Positions 35,552 to 48,899 of a stretch of DNA of 64,000 nucleotides are shown piece after piece. Origin of the DNA: Sphaerodactylus townsendi (taxonomy: Eukaryota); assembly GCF_021028975.2 (NCBI RefSeq), contig NC_059439.1, positions 22,568,001 through 22,632,000 on the forward strand, in the 5' to 3' direction. A program made the translations under genes and the position numbers. Numbering within the stretch: the first letter of the stretch is position 1; each line of letters starts with the position of its first letter. The notes beneath the pieces are model-generated. The model was not told the origin of the DNA. It worked only from the letters and a program-made list of their open reading frames with translations, and did no database searches.

Positions 35552-36466
35552 ATTTGAGTGCATCATATTTCCTGGGGAAAAATGGGATTGGGGAAGGAGA
35601 ATGAAAATAAATTATTCTGGGAGGGAGAAAGAGCTAGCCTTTATTGGCCATTTGTTGGATCCATTCAACAGGCATTGAAAGTTTTGTTTGGCATAAGTTT
35701 CTGTTGGTGCAAGAGATCTTCCACTGATGGAATGAACTGCTTCCACTGGAGAAATGTTCCACTGTTAGAAGAATGAAACTTTTGGATCCAACACCTTAAT
35801 ACCATACTGTTGTGCTTGGAGATTCCACATACAGAAGAATAACAGTAATACTTTTTTCCTGGGATCTCCTACTTCAAGCTGAAGGTAAGGACTGGCTGCT
35901 GTGTGGTTTCCAGTAAGGAATGGTGAGAAACAAATCTTACCATGACATGCCTCTGAACATGCCAGCCATACATGTGTCATAAATATTAGGACAAAAACTA
36001 CTAGTCCACAGCTACATGGTCCAAAAAATCCACCACAGCCAGTGATTCCAGCCATGAAAACCTTTGGTAATACACTGAAGGTGAGAAGTTTTCATATTTG
36101 AGTGCTTAATGAGAATAAAAACCTCTGTGCACCCTAAAATCTAGGCAGAAGAGTTGGATGAACTCTTTGACACACTAGTACATTAAAAACATATTCTCTC
36201 TTTCTGTGTGTGTGCGCACGTGCGCATGTGCACGTGCCTGCGTATTTCACAGCAGTGAAACATTCCCTCATGTGGTTACTTACTTGCAACCTGAACTTAT
36301 GCCATCCAGAAAAAAACAAAAAACAAAAACACTCGGTTTTGCTTTATGTCTAAACAAACTGAGTTTCTTCTCATGCTATAATTATGATTTTTGATTTGAA
36401 AGATGCATTCTTAGGTTTCCATGGAGGTATATTTATACACAACTGAATTAACATTGCCCTGACTTA

Positions 36467-36607
36467 GGCTCATTCCGCACATGCAGAATAATGCACTTTC
36501 AAACTGCTTTCAATGCTCTTTGAAGCTGTGCGGAATGGCAACATTCACTTGCAAACAGTTGTGAAAGTGGTTTGAAAACGCATTATTTTGGGTGTGCGGA
36601 AGGGGCC
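36467..36607 (+). mobile_element. PIF/Harbinger-like MITE
   Basis: Same family; flanks tta/cta. Confidence 0.85.
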
Positions 36608-36628
36608 CTACATTGCTCAAGGTAGCTG

Positions 36629-37218
36629 GCCCAATCTTGTCAGATCTCTGAAACTAAGCAGGGTCAGCCCTGGTTAGTACTTGGATGGGAGACCACCCAA
36701 AAATAGAAGAGTTGTTTTGCAGGAAGAAGACAATGGTTGTTACAGTCCAATCTGGGGAGGTGGGGAGCTGAATCTGCCTATGGAGGCAGCATGGAGCTAT
36801 GCTGGTAGATTTGCCCTTCCTGAAACACTTACCCTGGAGGAGGGGTAAATCTATTGGAGGGTATCACCATAACCCTCCTCAGTAAGCAGACACTGCTCAG
36901 AGTGCCCCATTGATACTCCTGTGCCCCCACTGCCTCTGCCAGTGTAGTGGGGGGCATGCCAGAGACATGGTTGGGGGTGGAGTCAACATTAGTCGGCTTT
37001 CTCCCAGCCTTTGCCTGATGGAACCCTGGAACCGGGGGCTTTTTTCTTATCTTCCAGCATTGCCAAGAAGCTTTCTTGGAGGCTGCAAGCCATTGCCACA
37101 GCAGCACTACATCCCACCACTGGGAGCTCTACAATGGGCTGCAAGTAACTTGCCTTGCAAACTTTGCAAGGGGTCACTGTAAGCCGGCTGCAACTTGACA
37201 GCACTTTACACACACACA
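36629..37218 (+). mobile_element. 5S rRNA-derived SINE interrupted by another repeat (~36740-37150)
   Basis: gcccaatcttgtcagatctctgaaactaagcagggtcagccctggttagtacttggatgggagacc matches the 5S core; tail gcaacttgacagcactttacacacacac. Confidence 0.75.
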
Positions 37219-38652
37219 TTAACATTAAGTCAATAAATTAGAATAGTTAAAATCTGCAACTGTCAAGATTAGGCCATCAATGTCTAAAATCTAAAACATC
37301 AATCACCTTTTAAAGAGCCGTAAAATAGGAAGCTTCTGAGTGCAACTTTTTTTTTTTCCAGTGTTAGTATCGAAGATAATGGAACTCACCTAAAGATGCT
37401 GTTCTTCCCTCTTGGTATCCAAATAAGTCTATGGGACCTTTGACATAATACTGAAACAGGAGATTATTTAAGCCCCAACACATACAAGGAAGTGGAATCT
37501 TCTATCCATTTCAACCAGTTTTATTTCTAAGAATTCTTTCTTTTAAAATGGAAAGTTATTGATGAAGTTTATTGCTGTCATTCATTCATATTTTCAAAAA
37601 ATCTGCCATATTATTGCCAGGTTCTCCAAGTAGATTTGGGGATACCTCAACCCTATCCTCTTGGTTCTGCATAAGTAGGAGACCAAATAGGTTATCTTCT
37701 GAGGAGCTGTCATTATCTGAATTTGAAATCAGTAGAGTTGATAAATCTAAGCGATTTGTGATTTATAATTTCTTGAAAGCACCCATGGGCATTTCCTGAA
37801 AACATCCAACCATCCTTTGAGAATCAATTACAGCTTTACTGGGCAGAATCCAAAAAATAAGACAATAAAGCAACAAAATATTCATAATAATTATTACTCT
37901 GTTGCATTTACTAAATCAGCACAGAACGTTATTATTACTACTGTGGTCAAGGAAGGATTTGAACATGGGTCTCATTGATCTGTGTTAGACACTTTAAATA
38001 TTGCACCATAGTAGCTATGATCACTCATGGCAGTCCTGGTCAGTCCAATCAAGGGCAGGCCCACTTCTGAAACTGGTGCAGTGCAGTCCTGAACTGGAAC
38101 AGGTTTTCACCCCACTGGGGCTAGGTGCAAATGTGCTGGTGGAGGGATGACTTATTGAGCAAACTGACATTTTGGGGCTCCATGGTACCCAACCTGGAAG
38201 CCTCCATCCTTCCCTAGGCCTGCCAGCACAGAAAGTTGTGCCTGCGTTTCAGAGATGGGCCAGAGGGTGGAGATGACCATACTTGGTTTTCGCAGCCCTC
38301 GCAGCCTCACATGCCACCTGAAGCAGTCTTGGTGATATGCCATGTTTTTTCCGTGTGTGTCTGTTATCCCCTATGGAGAATTTTTGCTGGTGTTTTTTTT
38401 TTGTAGACCACAAGGAAGCCCATTGGAGGGGGCAGGGCAGTGTGGAGTGGAGTGGAACAGTCCCTGACCCCTCAATCTGCATTGGACTGAAACCCACTTT
38501 TTTAAAAATGGGGGAAATCCATTCTGTCACCCTTATATGGACTGTTTTCTCCCTAATTTATTCCCCCAAAGCCTTCTCACTTGTGGCACCAAAACTTGGG
38601 AACTCACTGCCCAGGAAGGTTCTTCTGTCTCCCTCTTTATTATTATCATCAT

Positions 38653-38826
38653 NNNNNNNNNNNNNNNNNNNNNNNNNNNNNNNNNNNNNNNNNNNNNNNN
38701 NNNNNNNNNNNNNNNNNNNNNNNNNNNNNNNNNNNNNNNNNNNNNNNNNNNNNNNNNNNNNNNNNNNNNNNNNNNNNNNNNNNNNNNNNNNNNNNNNNNN
38801 NNNNNNNNNNNNNNNNNNNNNNNNNN
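38653..38826. other. Assembly gap (N run)
   Basis: Ns in sequence. Confidence 1.
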
Positions 38827-39011
38827 TCTTTAGCTGGTTGTGTGGCCTTCATTATAATTAGAGCCCCACCCAGAAGCCTAGGAAGTTGTAATGTATCAGC
38901 GTAGTATTGTTGCGGATCCCAGCAGGGCTGCCTTCTGAATTTGACAGATGTTAATTTTGTCAATTCAAAGATGTTTCAAGAGCTGCCCTAGTGTTTTCAG
39001 GATGGCACCTA

Positions 39012-39156
39012 NNNNNNNNNNNNNNNNNNNNNNNNNNNNNNNNNNNNNNNNNNNNNNNNNNNNNNNNNNNNNNNNNNNNNNNNNNNNNNNNNNNNNNNNN
39101 NNNNNNNNNNNNNNNNNNNNNNNNNNNNNNNNNNNNNNNNNNNNNNNNNNNNNNNN
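39012..39156. other. Assembly gap (N run)
   Basis: Ns in sequence. Confidence 1.
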
Positions 39157-39476
39157 AGGGTTCAGGGCGGTGAACAACAGAAGGAAACAAAACTATAAAA
39201 ATAATGACAATATAACAATTAAAACAATTTCAGCATATATACAATAAAACCATCAACCATAAAGGACCTTATGCTGGCAATTGAAGACTTTTTGTTTGTT
39301 TCAAAGGAAGGTGTAATGTATACAAGCACTGAGACTTATACATTAAATGGCATTTTCAGAGCCCAAAGGGTTAATTTAGATCTCCATAGGATTGGCTGTG
39401 AGAGCTGCACAGCATTTTAAAGCCTGAGGACATGGAGTTCTGAAAAAAGGAGTTTTCCTTAATAAAACTAGAGATT

Positions 39477-39550
39477 GTCAAAGGCTTTCACAGCCGGAAT
39501 CACAGGGGTGTTGTGTGGTTTCCGGCCATACATCCCAGAAATCACACAAC
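39477..39550 (-). mobile_element. Minimal Penelope-derived terminus with 13-bp TSD
   Basis: gtcaaaggctttcacagccggaatcac is the antisense of the 30020-30047 terminus; TSD aaaactagagatt at 39464-39476 and 39551-39563. Confidence 0.7.
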
Positions 39551-40653
39551 AAAACTAGAGATTTTTAAAAACAAGACTGTGGGAATAGCTTTTGGGTGGA
39601 TTTCTTCATATGATAAAGTAAATAATTTTATTGTTGAAATAACATGGTCATGACAAGCATAAAATCAAAATCAAAACATAACCATAGACTACAAATAATC
39701 TGTGACTATAAAATGCAAAATGACTAGCTGTGAACTGATATCAAACTTCTGATATCAAACAATCTGATGAAGGTTTTTTTTAAAAAAAAAAGAATACAAC
39801 CTTATTCTGAATCTTTTTTCCCTCTCTCACTTCAAAATTTATGACTGATTTCTTGAAAAAGATGGAGATATGTTAATTTCTTGGTGCGTTATCAATAGCG
39901 TACCTTGAAAAGATAAAACACTGAAGAAAAATGTCATCCTTAGTCAGAGTTGTATGAGTCTACTTCCATGCCAGTTACACTCAAGTTGAGTTCATTCTAG
40001 TTTCCAGGAGGGGAAAAATGCATCTATTGAAAACATTGTGTATTTATGTCTTCTTTCATTTAATGCTCCACAGCTATATAATGTACATTAAAAGCAACGA
40101 CACATGTCCACTAAGTGATAAGAATTCCACTGACAGAAGGAGATCTGCATCATAAGAAGAGATCTCACAAACTCTAAAATGTTGATTTTTCAGCCCTTCA
40201 AAAGAGTTAGTGGTTATGAGTTGGATGTGCATTTTCAACTTGCATGCACAGCCCCCTGGTTTAATACATAGGGGGAAGAACTCCCTGAGCCTCCCTTATA
40301 GTTCTCATATCAGACCACCTTTCTCCACTGCCCCTTTGTCATTCCTGTGCTGATGTCACTACATTTATAAGCTCTTTGCAGTCATAAGCAGAAAAGCCTC
40401 TGCTCCTAAAGGGTATATTATAAACAGGCAATGAATAGGATTAATCAGGCCCATGTCTGCAGTCCGTTCCCCCTTTCTGGTTGGCTAATGATGTCGAAAT
40501 TTTAACTTTGGATTCCTTTGCTCCACAAGCTGAGTCAGTGAGAGCCTCAAGCCATGTATGATTTAACTAACAAGGGAAATTGGGCAGTTTAACTTGTGAG
40601 TTGGGGTTGTAATATTGCTAGCCATTCTTAAGGGCCAGTATTGTACACTGTTT

Positions 40654-40715
40654 GGCTCATTCCGCATATGCAGAATAATGCACTTTCAAACTGCTTTCAG
40701 TGCTCTTTGAAGCTG
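40654..40715 (+). mobile_element. Truncated PIF/Harbinger-like MITE
   Basis: Left half of the family only. Confidence 0.75.
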
Positions 40716-40732
40716 AAAACATTCTTAGGGAA

Positions 40733-41670
40733 TCAGGCATCTTTTATTTTTGAAGCTATTCGTCTTAGGACATGTCTCAGGGCCTCTTTCATTTGTTCAT
40801 TTCTCAGACTGAAGATGAAAGGGTTCAGTAAGGGTGTCAATATGCCAGAAAATGTGGCTAATGCTTTGTTCATGCTCATGCTATCAGTCTGGGATGGCCT
40901 GACGTACACAAAAATTGAGATTCCATAGCCCATGGACACAACAGTCAAGTGAGAGACACAGGTGCCAAAGGCCTTCTTTCTTCCTTGAGCAGAAGGAATC
41001 TTAAGAATGGTTGTAATTATGTAGACATAAGAAGTAGCAGTAAACGAAAGGGAACCAAGCAACAGAAGTAAAGAATCAATGAAGTCAATCAATTCAATAA
41101 GGCTTATGTCTGTACAGGCAAGATGTAGCAAAGGGGCACTATCACAGAAGAAATGGTTGATGATGTGAGGTCCACAGTCACCTTCAGCACTGTTGACAAG
41201 AACACAGACAGGAAACCACCAATCCAAGAGCCAATCACCATCTTGACACAAACAGTCCCAGTCATGAGGGTGGGGTACCTAAGTGGGTAACAGATGGCCA
41301 TGTAGCGGTCAAAGGACATAGCAGCAAATAGGATGAACTCAGTGGAACCCATGAAGAAATAGAAGTATGATTGAGCAAAGCAACCACCAAATGAAATGGT
41401 TTTTTTCCTGGTCAAGAAATTGGCCAGCATTTTCGGCACTACGCAGGTTGTCATGAATATCTCGATCAAGGACAAATTGCTGAGGAAGAAATACATGGGA
41501 GAGTGGAGGTGAGAATCAATGATGATGAGTACAATAATGAGGGCATTCCCAAGCACTGTCACTATATACACAAAAAGAAAAACCAGAAAAAGAACAATCT
41601 CCACAGCAGGGTCATATACAAATCCAAGCAAAAGGATTTCAGTGATAGAGGTCACGTTGTCAGTTTCCAT
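40733..41670 (-). pseudogene. Olfactory receptor, family 6-like, frameshifted by a ~10-bp deletion near 41179
   Basis: One frame runs METDNVT...MSFDRYMAICYPLRY...STVLKV; a second frame continues CGPHIINHFFCD...PLLNPFIFSLRN. The xLP(F/Y) segment is missing. Confidence 0.92.
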
Positions 41671-42769
41671 GCTGTTGCATCTGGAATGTATGAGGGAAAG
41701 GAAAAGTTGTTAAAGGGGAGATGGGAAACCTATTCAAACTTGCAATCTTAATTACATTTCCTTAAGACTGGAGCGGAGAGCTATTTCACCCAACAGGTAA
41801 TTAAATGCCGTGCTTGTAACATAAATATTCACCAAGACAGGATAAATGTATAATATACAGTCTAAAAAAATAGAATACAATATCAGTAACAAAACCACTT
41901 GTTAACTGTGTTAAATAAATACAATATTTATTTACATTTGACTTTGGGTGGGATTCAACCATTTTTTCTGCTTGTGAAAAAGGTTAAGGGGGACAAAAAC
42001 TACATGGGATGCGGGCTGTAGATAGGGGAAACATTAGACAAGATGGAGTGAAAAAGCTGTCTGGAACACCCTCTTAGGTTGTTTAAAGGGGCTATGGCTA
42101 TGTAGTTCACCATTTCCTATTTTTGTAAATGAGAGAAGAAAACCAGAGAAGAATTATAGCCAAGTGTTCTGAGTAATCACCCCTAATAGCCTCCACATTT
42201 AACTAGTTTATTCACTAATTGAACTGTGTATGGAGAAAAGGATTTATTGAAAGGAAGAAATTTCTATGACTGAAATTAAATAGAAGGGAGATACAAATTC
42301 TGTACTAATTAGTAGAATTAGCTGTTGCCACAAAAAAGAACAGGAATCTAGTGGACAGAGTTTTATTTCACCATAAATTTTCCAAGAGTGATACTCTGCT
42401 CTTGAGATGCATTGAGTGGATGTCAGACATTAATGCGTAAGGCATGCATTAAAAACCACCCTGTTCAGAAACCAATAGACAAATATTTAAGTCTCCCCGA
42501 AAATCATCATTCATAATAAATAGAACTTCAAAGGGACACTCCAGCAAGATATTCTTCCTCACTATGACTGTTAATGAAAACCTGAAAATCCCCAACCATC
42601 CCATCCACTACAGATGTTAACTAGTGTAGGATTATTAGTGAATGGTTTTGGAGCTTTCCTGATCAGATTTGAATTTTATGTAAGGACATTTCACAGTGTA
42701 CTTCTGAGTTTTCATGGCTTCTTGGCATTGCTGTTTTCTTGCTATTTTTCATACAATCTACATATACTT

Positions 42770-43030
42770 TGTGGTACTTAGAGTGTTTAGCTTGGATGTG
42801 GGATACCCAATTTCAACTCTCCACCCTGCCACAGAAGTGTGTTGGGTGACATTGGATCTCACACTCTCAGCCGAATTTACTTCAAATCTCCACCCTGCCA
42901 CAGAAGTGTGTTGGGTGATATTGGATCTCACACTCTCAGCCGAATTTACTTCACAGAGTTGTTCTGTGAATAAAACGGTGGAGAGGAGAATGGGAATAAG
43001 CTGTTTTAGGCCCCCACTAGAGATAGCAGC
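42770..43030 (+). mobile_element. Old Squam3-family SINE with internal 69-bp tandem duplication
   Basis: tctccaccctgccacagaagtg...gaatttacttca at 42818 and 42887. Confidence 0.6.
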
Positions 43031-44144
43031 AGAATATAAAACGTACATTGAAATACATTTCAGTTAGTTTTCAGGCTAGAAGCAGGTACATTATCTGAGT
43101 TTGATACCGTGTTACTTAGTGACTTCACTAGAAATAACAAAGAATACATTGTGATACAATCAGTAGATAAAAAAGGCTTTTTTTCATATCGTCACCTAAA
43201 TGTTCTGAATATTCATAAACCTTTTAAAATGGCTGAAACACTTCAGTTGGTAAATGAATTATCTAAGTATGTGTGTGAGTACTTTCAAATGACATTTTGT
43301 ATCCCTATATTACCTTATTCATGTTCACCTTGTTTCCCTCAGGCAGGTAGAAGATTACTTGAAAAATTCTGGGACTTTTTGAACACATTTCTTCATATAC
43401 TGTTTTCTGGAATAGCATGTTTTGGAGCCCGTTATTGTGACTGTAGAATTACACGTGATTCCCAATTGAAACTCCATACCTATAATTATCAATATCAGGT
43501 TAATATTTCCAGTTCTAGACTTCAAAGAATAAAAGCCATTAATAGCTATCAATTCTAAATACAGACAATAATCTAACTCTAGTGAAGCTGGAGCACTTTC
43601 CCTCTTATAGTTTTGTATAAGTACTAGTGAATTTTACTATTTCATTGTGCCATATCTCCTGTTAAATTTGCCAAAGAACTTAATTGCACCCTTGGGAAAA
43701 AAAGATAACAAAGGAACAATTAACATCATACTTTTATTCACATACAATCATACAACCTATGCATACATGAACTCTATGAACCTGTCAAGGGGGAAATCCC
43801 CATATTCAGATCAAAAGGCAGAGGACGTTTCTGTTAACTATGCCTTGGATCCCAGCAAAAAGTCCTGTGGGCTGAAGGAAGCTATTTTAGCCAAACTTCC
43901 TTTCCCAGGACTAATCTCTAACTTCCCCCAAGTACTCCTTGTAGGGCTTCATATCCTTTCCAGAAGTGTTACAGGGGGGCATTTTGTCACAGCAGCAGAG
44001 TTGGGAGCTGAGAGGCCACTCCCCAAAGATGGAAATCCTTCCATCCGTAGACATTTTGATTGGGATCCAATCCCAATTCTTTGCAGTAAAAGTCGCACAC
44101 TTTCACATTTTTCATTATTTTTCATATGTTGGTTTTCTATTCAT

Positions 44145-44147
<3 letters not shown>

Positions 44148-44206
<59 letters not shown>
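44148..44206. repeat. (GA)n microsatellite
   Basis: Directly visible. Confidence 0.98.
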
Positions 44207-44209
<3 letters not shown>

Positions 44210-44487
44210 GGAAACCTGCAAGTACTTCACCAGAGTAGAGTCCACCACTCATATGGAAGAGTGGAGAATCGAAGCTGTTTCTCCAAATTACAGTGAACCA
44301 CTCAACCACTATGCCACACTGGCTCTGCGATCCATGCTGTTGTATTTAGCTTACTGATCCTAGTATGTAATTTTTGTATAATTTCAAATCAGGATAGATT
44401 TTGTGCTCCACCTGGAGTCAATAAGTTGAAATGCAAATTGGCCAATACAATACAAACGCTTTGGCTTCAGTCCAATCCCAGACTACA

Positions 44488-44840
44488 TGTGTGTGTTAAA
44501 TGCTGTCAAGTCATTTCCAACTCATGACGATCCTATGGATCAAAGTTCTCTAAAACATTCTATTGTTAACAGCCTTGCTCTGAACTTGCAAGCTAAAGGC
44601 CCTTCCGCACACACAAAATAATGCGTTTTCAAACCACTTTCATAACTGTTTGCAAGTGGATTTTGCTATTCCGCACAGCTTTAAAGAGCACTGAAAGCAG
44701 TTTGAAAGTACATTATTCTGCATGTGTGGAATGAGCCTAAGGGCCATGGCTTTCTTTATAGAGCCAACCTGTCTCATGTTCCAACTATTGCTTTTCCTGC
44801 TGCCTTCAACCTTTCCTGGCATTATTTTTTTTCAGTGATT
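44488..44840 (-). mobile_element. Bov-B/RTE-type 3' fragment interrupted by a Harbinger-like MITE (44597-44737, TAA TSD)
   Basis: gtgtgtgttaaatgctgtcaagtc tail in antisense; ttcctgctgccttcaacctttcctggcattatt follows the MITE. Confidence 0.6.
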
Positions 44841-44876
44841 CTTTACTTCTTTTGAACCATCAACCTACTGGCTCTA

Positions 44877-45028
44877 TGCCCCCTTCTGCACATGCAGAAT
44901 AATGCACTTTCAATCCACTTTCAATGCACTTTGCAGTTGGATTTTATTGTGCGGAATAGCAAAATCCACTTGCAAACAATGGTGAAAGTGGATTGAAAGT
45001 GCATTATTCTGCATGTGCAGAAAGGGCC
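44877..45028. mobile_element. PIF/Harbinger-like MITE, second subfamily with long TIRs
   Basis: ttctgcacatgcagaataatgcactttcaatccactttca / tgaaagtggattgaaagtgcattattctgcatgtgcagaa inverted arms. Confidence 0.8.
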
Positions 45029-45184
45029 TACGATGAATCATAGGAAGCCTTGAAGACTTAGAACCTGCCTCAGACTTTGCCTTGCTTTCTTTTCTCTTTT
45101 CCATTGATCACGGTTTGAAGTTGCTGTACATAACACTGCTGTTGTATGTCCTTCTTCTCATCACTGGGCCCCCATAACTCCCTC

Positions 45185-45465
45185 TAAATTGGCCACCATC
45201 CTCTGGATCCATTCCAGATTGTCAATATCCTTCTTGAATTGTGGTGCCAAGAACTGGATACAGATGAGGTCTGACCAATACAAAATAGAGTGGCAGTATT
45301 ACATCCTTCAGTCTAGACATTACACTCCTATTGATGCAGGCCAGAATCACATTGGCTTTCTTGGCTGCCACATCACACTGCTGACTCATGTTCAGTTTGT
45401 AGTCTACTAAGACTTCCAGGTCCCTTTCACATGTACTGTTGTCAATCCACATGTCACCCATTATA
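45185..45465 (-). mobile_element. CR1 LINE ORF2 fragment
   Basis: ERDLEVLVDYKLNMSQQCDVAAKKANVILACINRS...ILPLY..LVRPHL. Confidence 0.88.
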
Positions 45466-47206
45466 GATTTGAATCTATAGCACACAACTGTCTGATTTAA
45501 ACAGAACAAAAGTCTGCTACATTGTACTATATTTTAGCGCTCTTTAGTTAATTTAGTCCCTGAAGTAGTTATCACAGTTTCATGGGAATTGTTGTATGAA
45601 ATATATTTCTCTTTCATAAAAGCCACCAGAAGAATACATTCTTCTCAAAGAATTTTTGATCTCGCTCTGTTTTCTAAAAGTAATCCAATGTTACTACCAC
45701 AGGAAGCTTCATTTAAAAATAAGTGAAGAAAATGGCATCTATGGATGGGGGATCAACAGGGTTTCTGAGAGAACTCATTATAAAGGTTCCGAGCAAACAA
45801 AACCAGTTCATTGAAAGTGTCTTTGAAGTCTGTCAAATGACCAAGAGAGATGATGCCCATTGTACAATGAATGCAAGTTTGGAATAATTAAGAAGAAACA
45901 ACTTCATTAAGAAGAAGAAATATATTTTGATGAAAGTTGAGGTCTGGAATTGTGGGAAATAATTTAGCCAAAGATTTCCATGCATCACAGAGGAACCAGC
46001 CCAAAGCATGATTCAAGTAGGTCATAAATTGCCTTTTACCAATTAAAAGAAATAATTTGCATCTACTCAAATGAATCATTTTAAGTAATGGGGTTGTGCC
46101 AACTCCGAAGCATTAGAGGAAAAAAAAGTGGTTTGGACATTTTTTCTGTACTTATTATTGTTGGGTAGAGTATAGAGATCCCTAACTTGTATATCCTTAC
46201 AAAAGAAAAATCTTCCCCTCTCTTTACCCCTCATAATACAGCTTCTCATCAGGAGAAATTCTATCCTGTTTTAATCATTGAAATCAATAGAAGATGTCAG
46301 TTGAAAATCTTTAAATTCTATCCATTTTAAGGCTGCTGAACTGTATTTCACTCTCTCTGCATGTGAAGTTGAACGACAGTTTAGCTGACTGTCTGCCATG
46401 CATGATATCTATATTCTATTTTCCTGAAAAGTAATGTATTTTCCATATATGCCAACTGTTGGATTGTATCTCAAGCAGCCACCATTCTGTCTACATGATT
46501 AAGAGTTAAAGAACCAGGTATGTGACAATCTAGATGTTGTGCAAAAAATTCTTTTTTACACTGATTCCTTTTCCAATTCTCCCAGCCTCTACCTTTTATT
46601 TGCATATTCTATTCCTTTCTTCTCCTTTCTCTTCTTCCCTTTTGTCTTTAGAAGACAAAAGAGTTCAATAGACATGAACTTTTAAAAAACAAGCTATTCC
46701 CTCATAAAAATGTTTTTAACAACTATCAAATCATCAGAATTATCCATTACAAAAAAATAGAGGGTTAAAGTACATAATAAAAGTATTGTCAAAGCTTTGA
46801 AACTTGCTAAGGTCAAAGAGCATTGGCATTTGTTGGAATTGACAATTTAATTGTGGCTGTATAGTTTTGTATAACCACAGTGGCTATGTTGCTCTGCTAT
46901 GAACCTTGAATTAGTTTTTAAAGTGATACATTTCTAGTTTTAAACAGAAAAGCTGGGGTGTTAAATCAAATAAATAATAACAACAAATAAATAGAAATAT
47001 TGTGGAGGTTGTGTTAAATACTCACGGGGTTGAAATATTCACCTGCATTTATTATTTCCCTCACCATTGGGTATAATATTGACAATACTGTTAAGCCTAG
47101 TTCCTCAGTGTTTTGCTGCTATCCATTAACATTTTTATTCTTCTCATGTACTTCCTGATGGGCTATGAATTATTTCGACCACATTAGTGCGAGAACTCCT
47201 GAAACC

Positions 47207-48166
47207 ATGATGGAGAACAAATCTTTTACCACTGAATTCATCCTACTTGGTTTTCCTCAATTTCACCAGCAGGAACATTTCCTGGGTATGTTTCTCCTTG
47301 CTTCCTACTTGCTCACCTTAGCAGGGAACACCATGATCATCATTGTGATCATTCATGACCATCACCTTCACACTCCCATGTACTTCTTCTTGTGGAGCCT
47401 GTCCTGCTTAGAGATCCTTATTACAACTTCGATAGTGCCTAAAGTCCTGGTGAGTCTTTTACTAGGTTACAAAACCATCTCCTACTCAGGCTGCATGGCC
47501 CAGTGCTATTTCTTTTTCTTCTTGGGGAGCAGTGACTTTGTCCTGTTGGCTGTCATGGCGTTTGACCGGTACCTGGCCATTTGCAACCCACTGCGCTATG
47601 CGTCAGTTATGACGACTCAGCTTTGCCTGTGGCTAGTAGTGGGATCTTGCACTGCTGGCTTTGTGGCTACAATCCTCCCCACCATCCTGGTTTTACAGCT
47701 CCCTTTCTGCCATGACAACAGTATTGACCACTTTTTCTGTGACAGCGTGGCCTTGATGAAGCTAGCTTGTACAGATACCAGCCTGGTGGAGCTGGCAAGC
47801 TTCTTCTCCTCCACAGCCACACTGTTGGGATCTTTGATTTTCACAGTGATGTCCTACACCTACATTGTCAGAACCATTCTCAAGATCCCATCTGCCCCAG
47901 GGCGTCACAAGGCATTCTCTACCTGCTCCTCTCATTTCATCATTGTCAGCCTTGGATTTGGCAGCTGCATCTTCATGTATGTACGACCATAAGGAAGTAA
48001 CCCTTCCATTAACAAGATGGTTTCTTTGATCAATACAATCCTGACCCCTTTACTGAGCCCATTCATCTTCACTTTGAGGAACCAGCAGGTGAAAGATGCC
48101 ATAAAGGCAATTTTTGTCAGACATGCCAACTATTCAAAGAACAATCTAAAGCTGGAATATGGATAA
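47207..48166 (+). pseudogene. Olfactory receptor, family 6-like, single in-frame TAA at 47990-47992
   Basis: LHTPMYFFL, MAFDRYLAICNPLRY, KAFSTCSSH, MYVRP*; the same frame continues GSNPSINKMVSLINTILTPLLSPFIFTLRNQQVK...EYG*. Confidence 0.92.
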
Positions 48167-48510
48167 CAAAGGGGTGTGTGTGAAATAAATGCCAGCAATG
48201 GATGAGAATGATGTGACTTTTCCATTTATTGAAATATCTGTCTGCATTTCAATAACAGAGGATACTAAGCTACTAGTGAAAAAAATGAGGTGTGATCCTG
48301 GAAATTAAATCTTCCTTTAGCCACCAACTCATCAACTATCTCTAGCAATCTTCCTTCTAATTTGAAACGGGGATAGTAACTGACCCATTTCTTTGCACTG
48401 TTGTAAGAATGTTATCGTGATAATATGAATAGCTTTGAACCATGATAGCACTATTTAAATGCTAATTGTTATTGCTGTAATCTCCAATATGATATTGTTG
48501 TATTATCCAA

Positions 48511-48651
48511 GGCCCCTTCCGCACATGCAAAATAATGCATTTTCAAACCACTTTCACAACTGTTTGCAAGTGGATTTTGCCATTCCGCACAGCTTCAAAG
48601 ATTGTTGAAAGCAGTTTGAAAGTGCATTATTCTGCAAGTGCGGAATGAGCC
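48511..48651 (-). mobile_element. PIF/Harbinger-like MITE
   Basis: Same family as 30493-30633. Confidence 0.85.
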
Positions 48652-48711
48652 TATGACAATCTTGGAATGCCTGTAAATATCCCATAAGAAAATCATTTTT
48701 TGTTGTGGTAA

Positions 48712-48840
48712 GATGTGTTGTGGGTTGTGTGGTGAGCTGGGGGTTATGGTTTTTTCAGGCTGTGTGGCCATGGGCTGACAGTTTTTGCTTCTAACATTTC
48801 ACCTGCATCTATAGATGGCATCTTCAGACACATATCACTG
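48712..48840 (-). mobile_element. Penelope-derived fragment with decayed hammerhead-like core
   Basis: ctaacatttcacctgcatctatagatggcatcttcag resembles 29801-29838. Confidence 0.6.
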
Positions 48841-48899
48841 TGAGATGCATTTCTTTCCATGGCACATTGAATGAAATAGCCAACTGGTTCCAAACTTCT

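Noticed and set aside
36629-36700. 5S rRNA gene
   Set aside because: Partial, diverged and joined to a SINE body and tail; similar copies elsewhere in the window.
38337-39247. ORFs spanning N runs
   Set aside because: Artefacts of assembly gaps.
43647-44357. 236-aa ORF with (RE)n tract
   Set aside because: Runs through a (GA)n microsatellite and SINE remnant; no recognisable domain.
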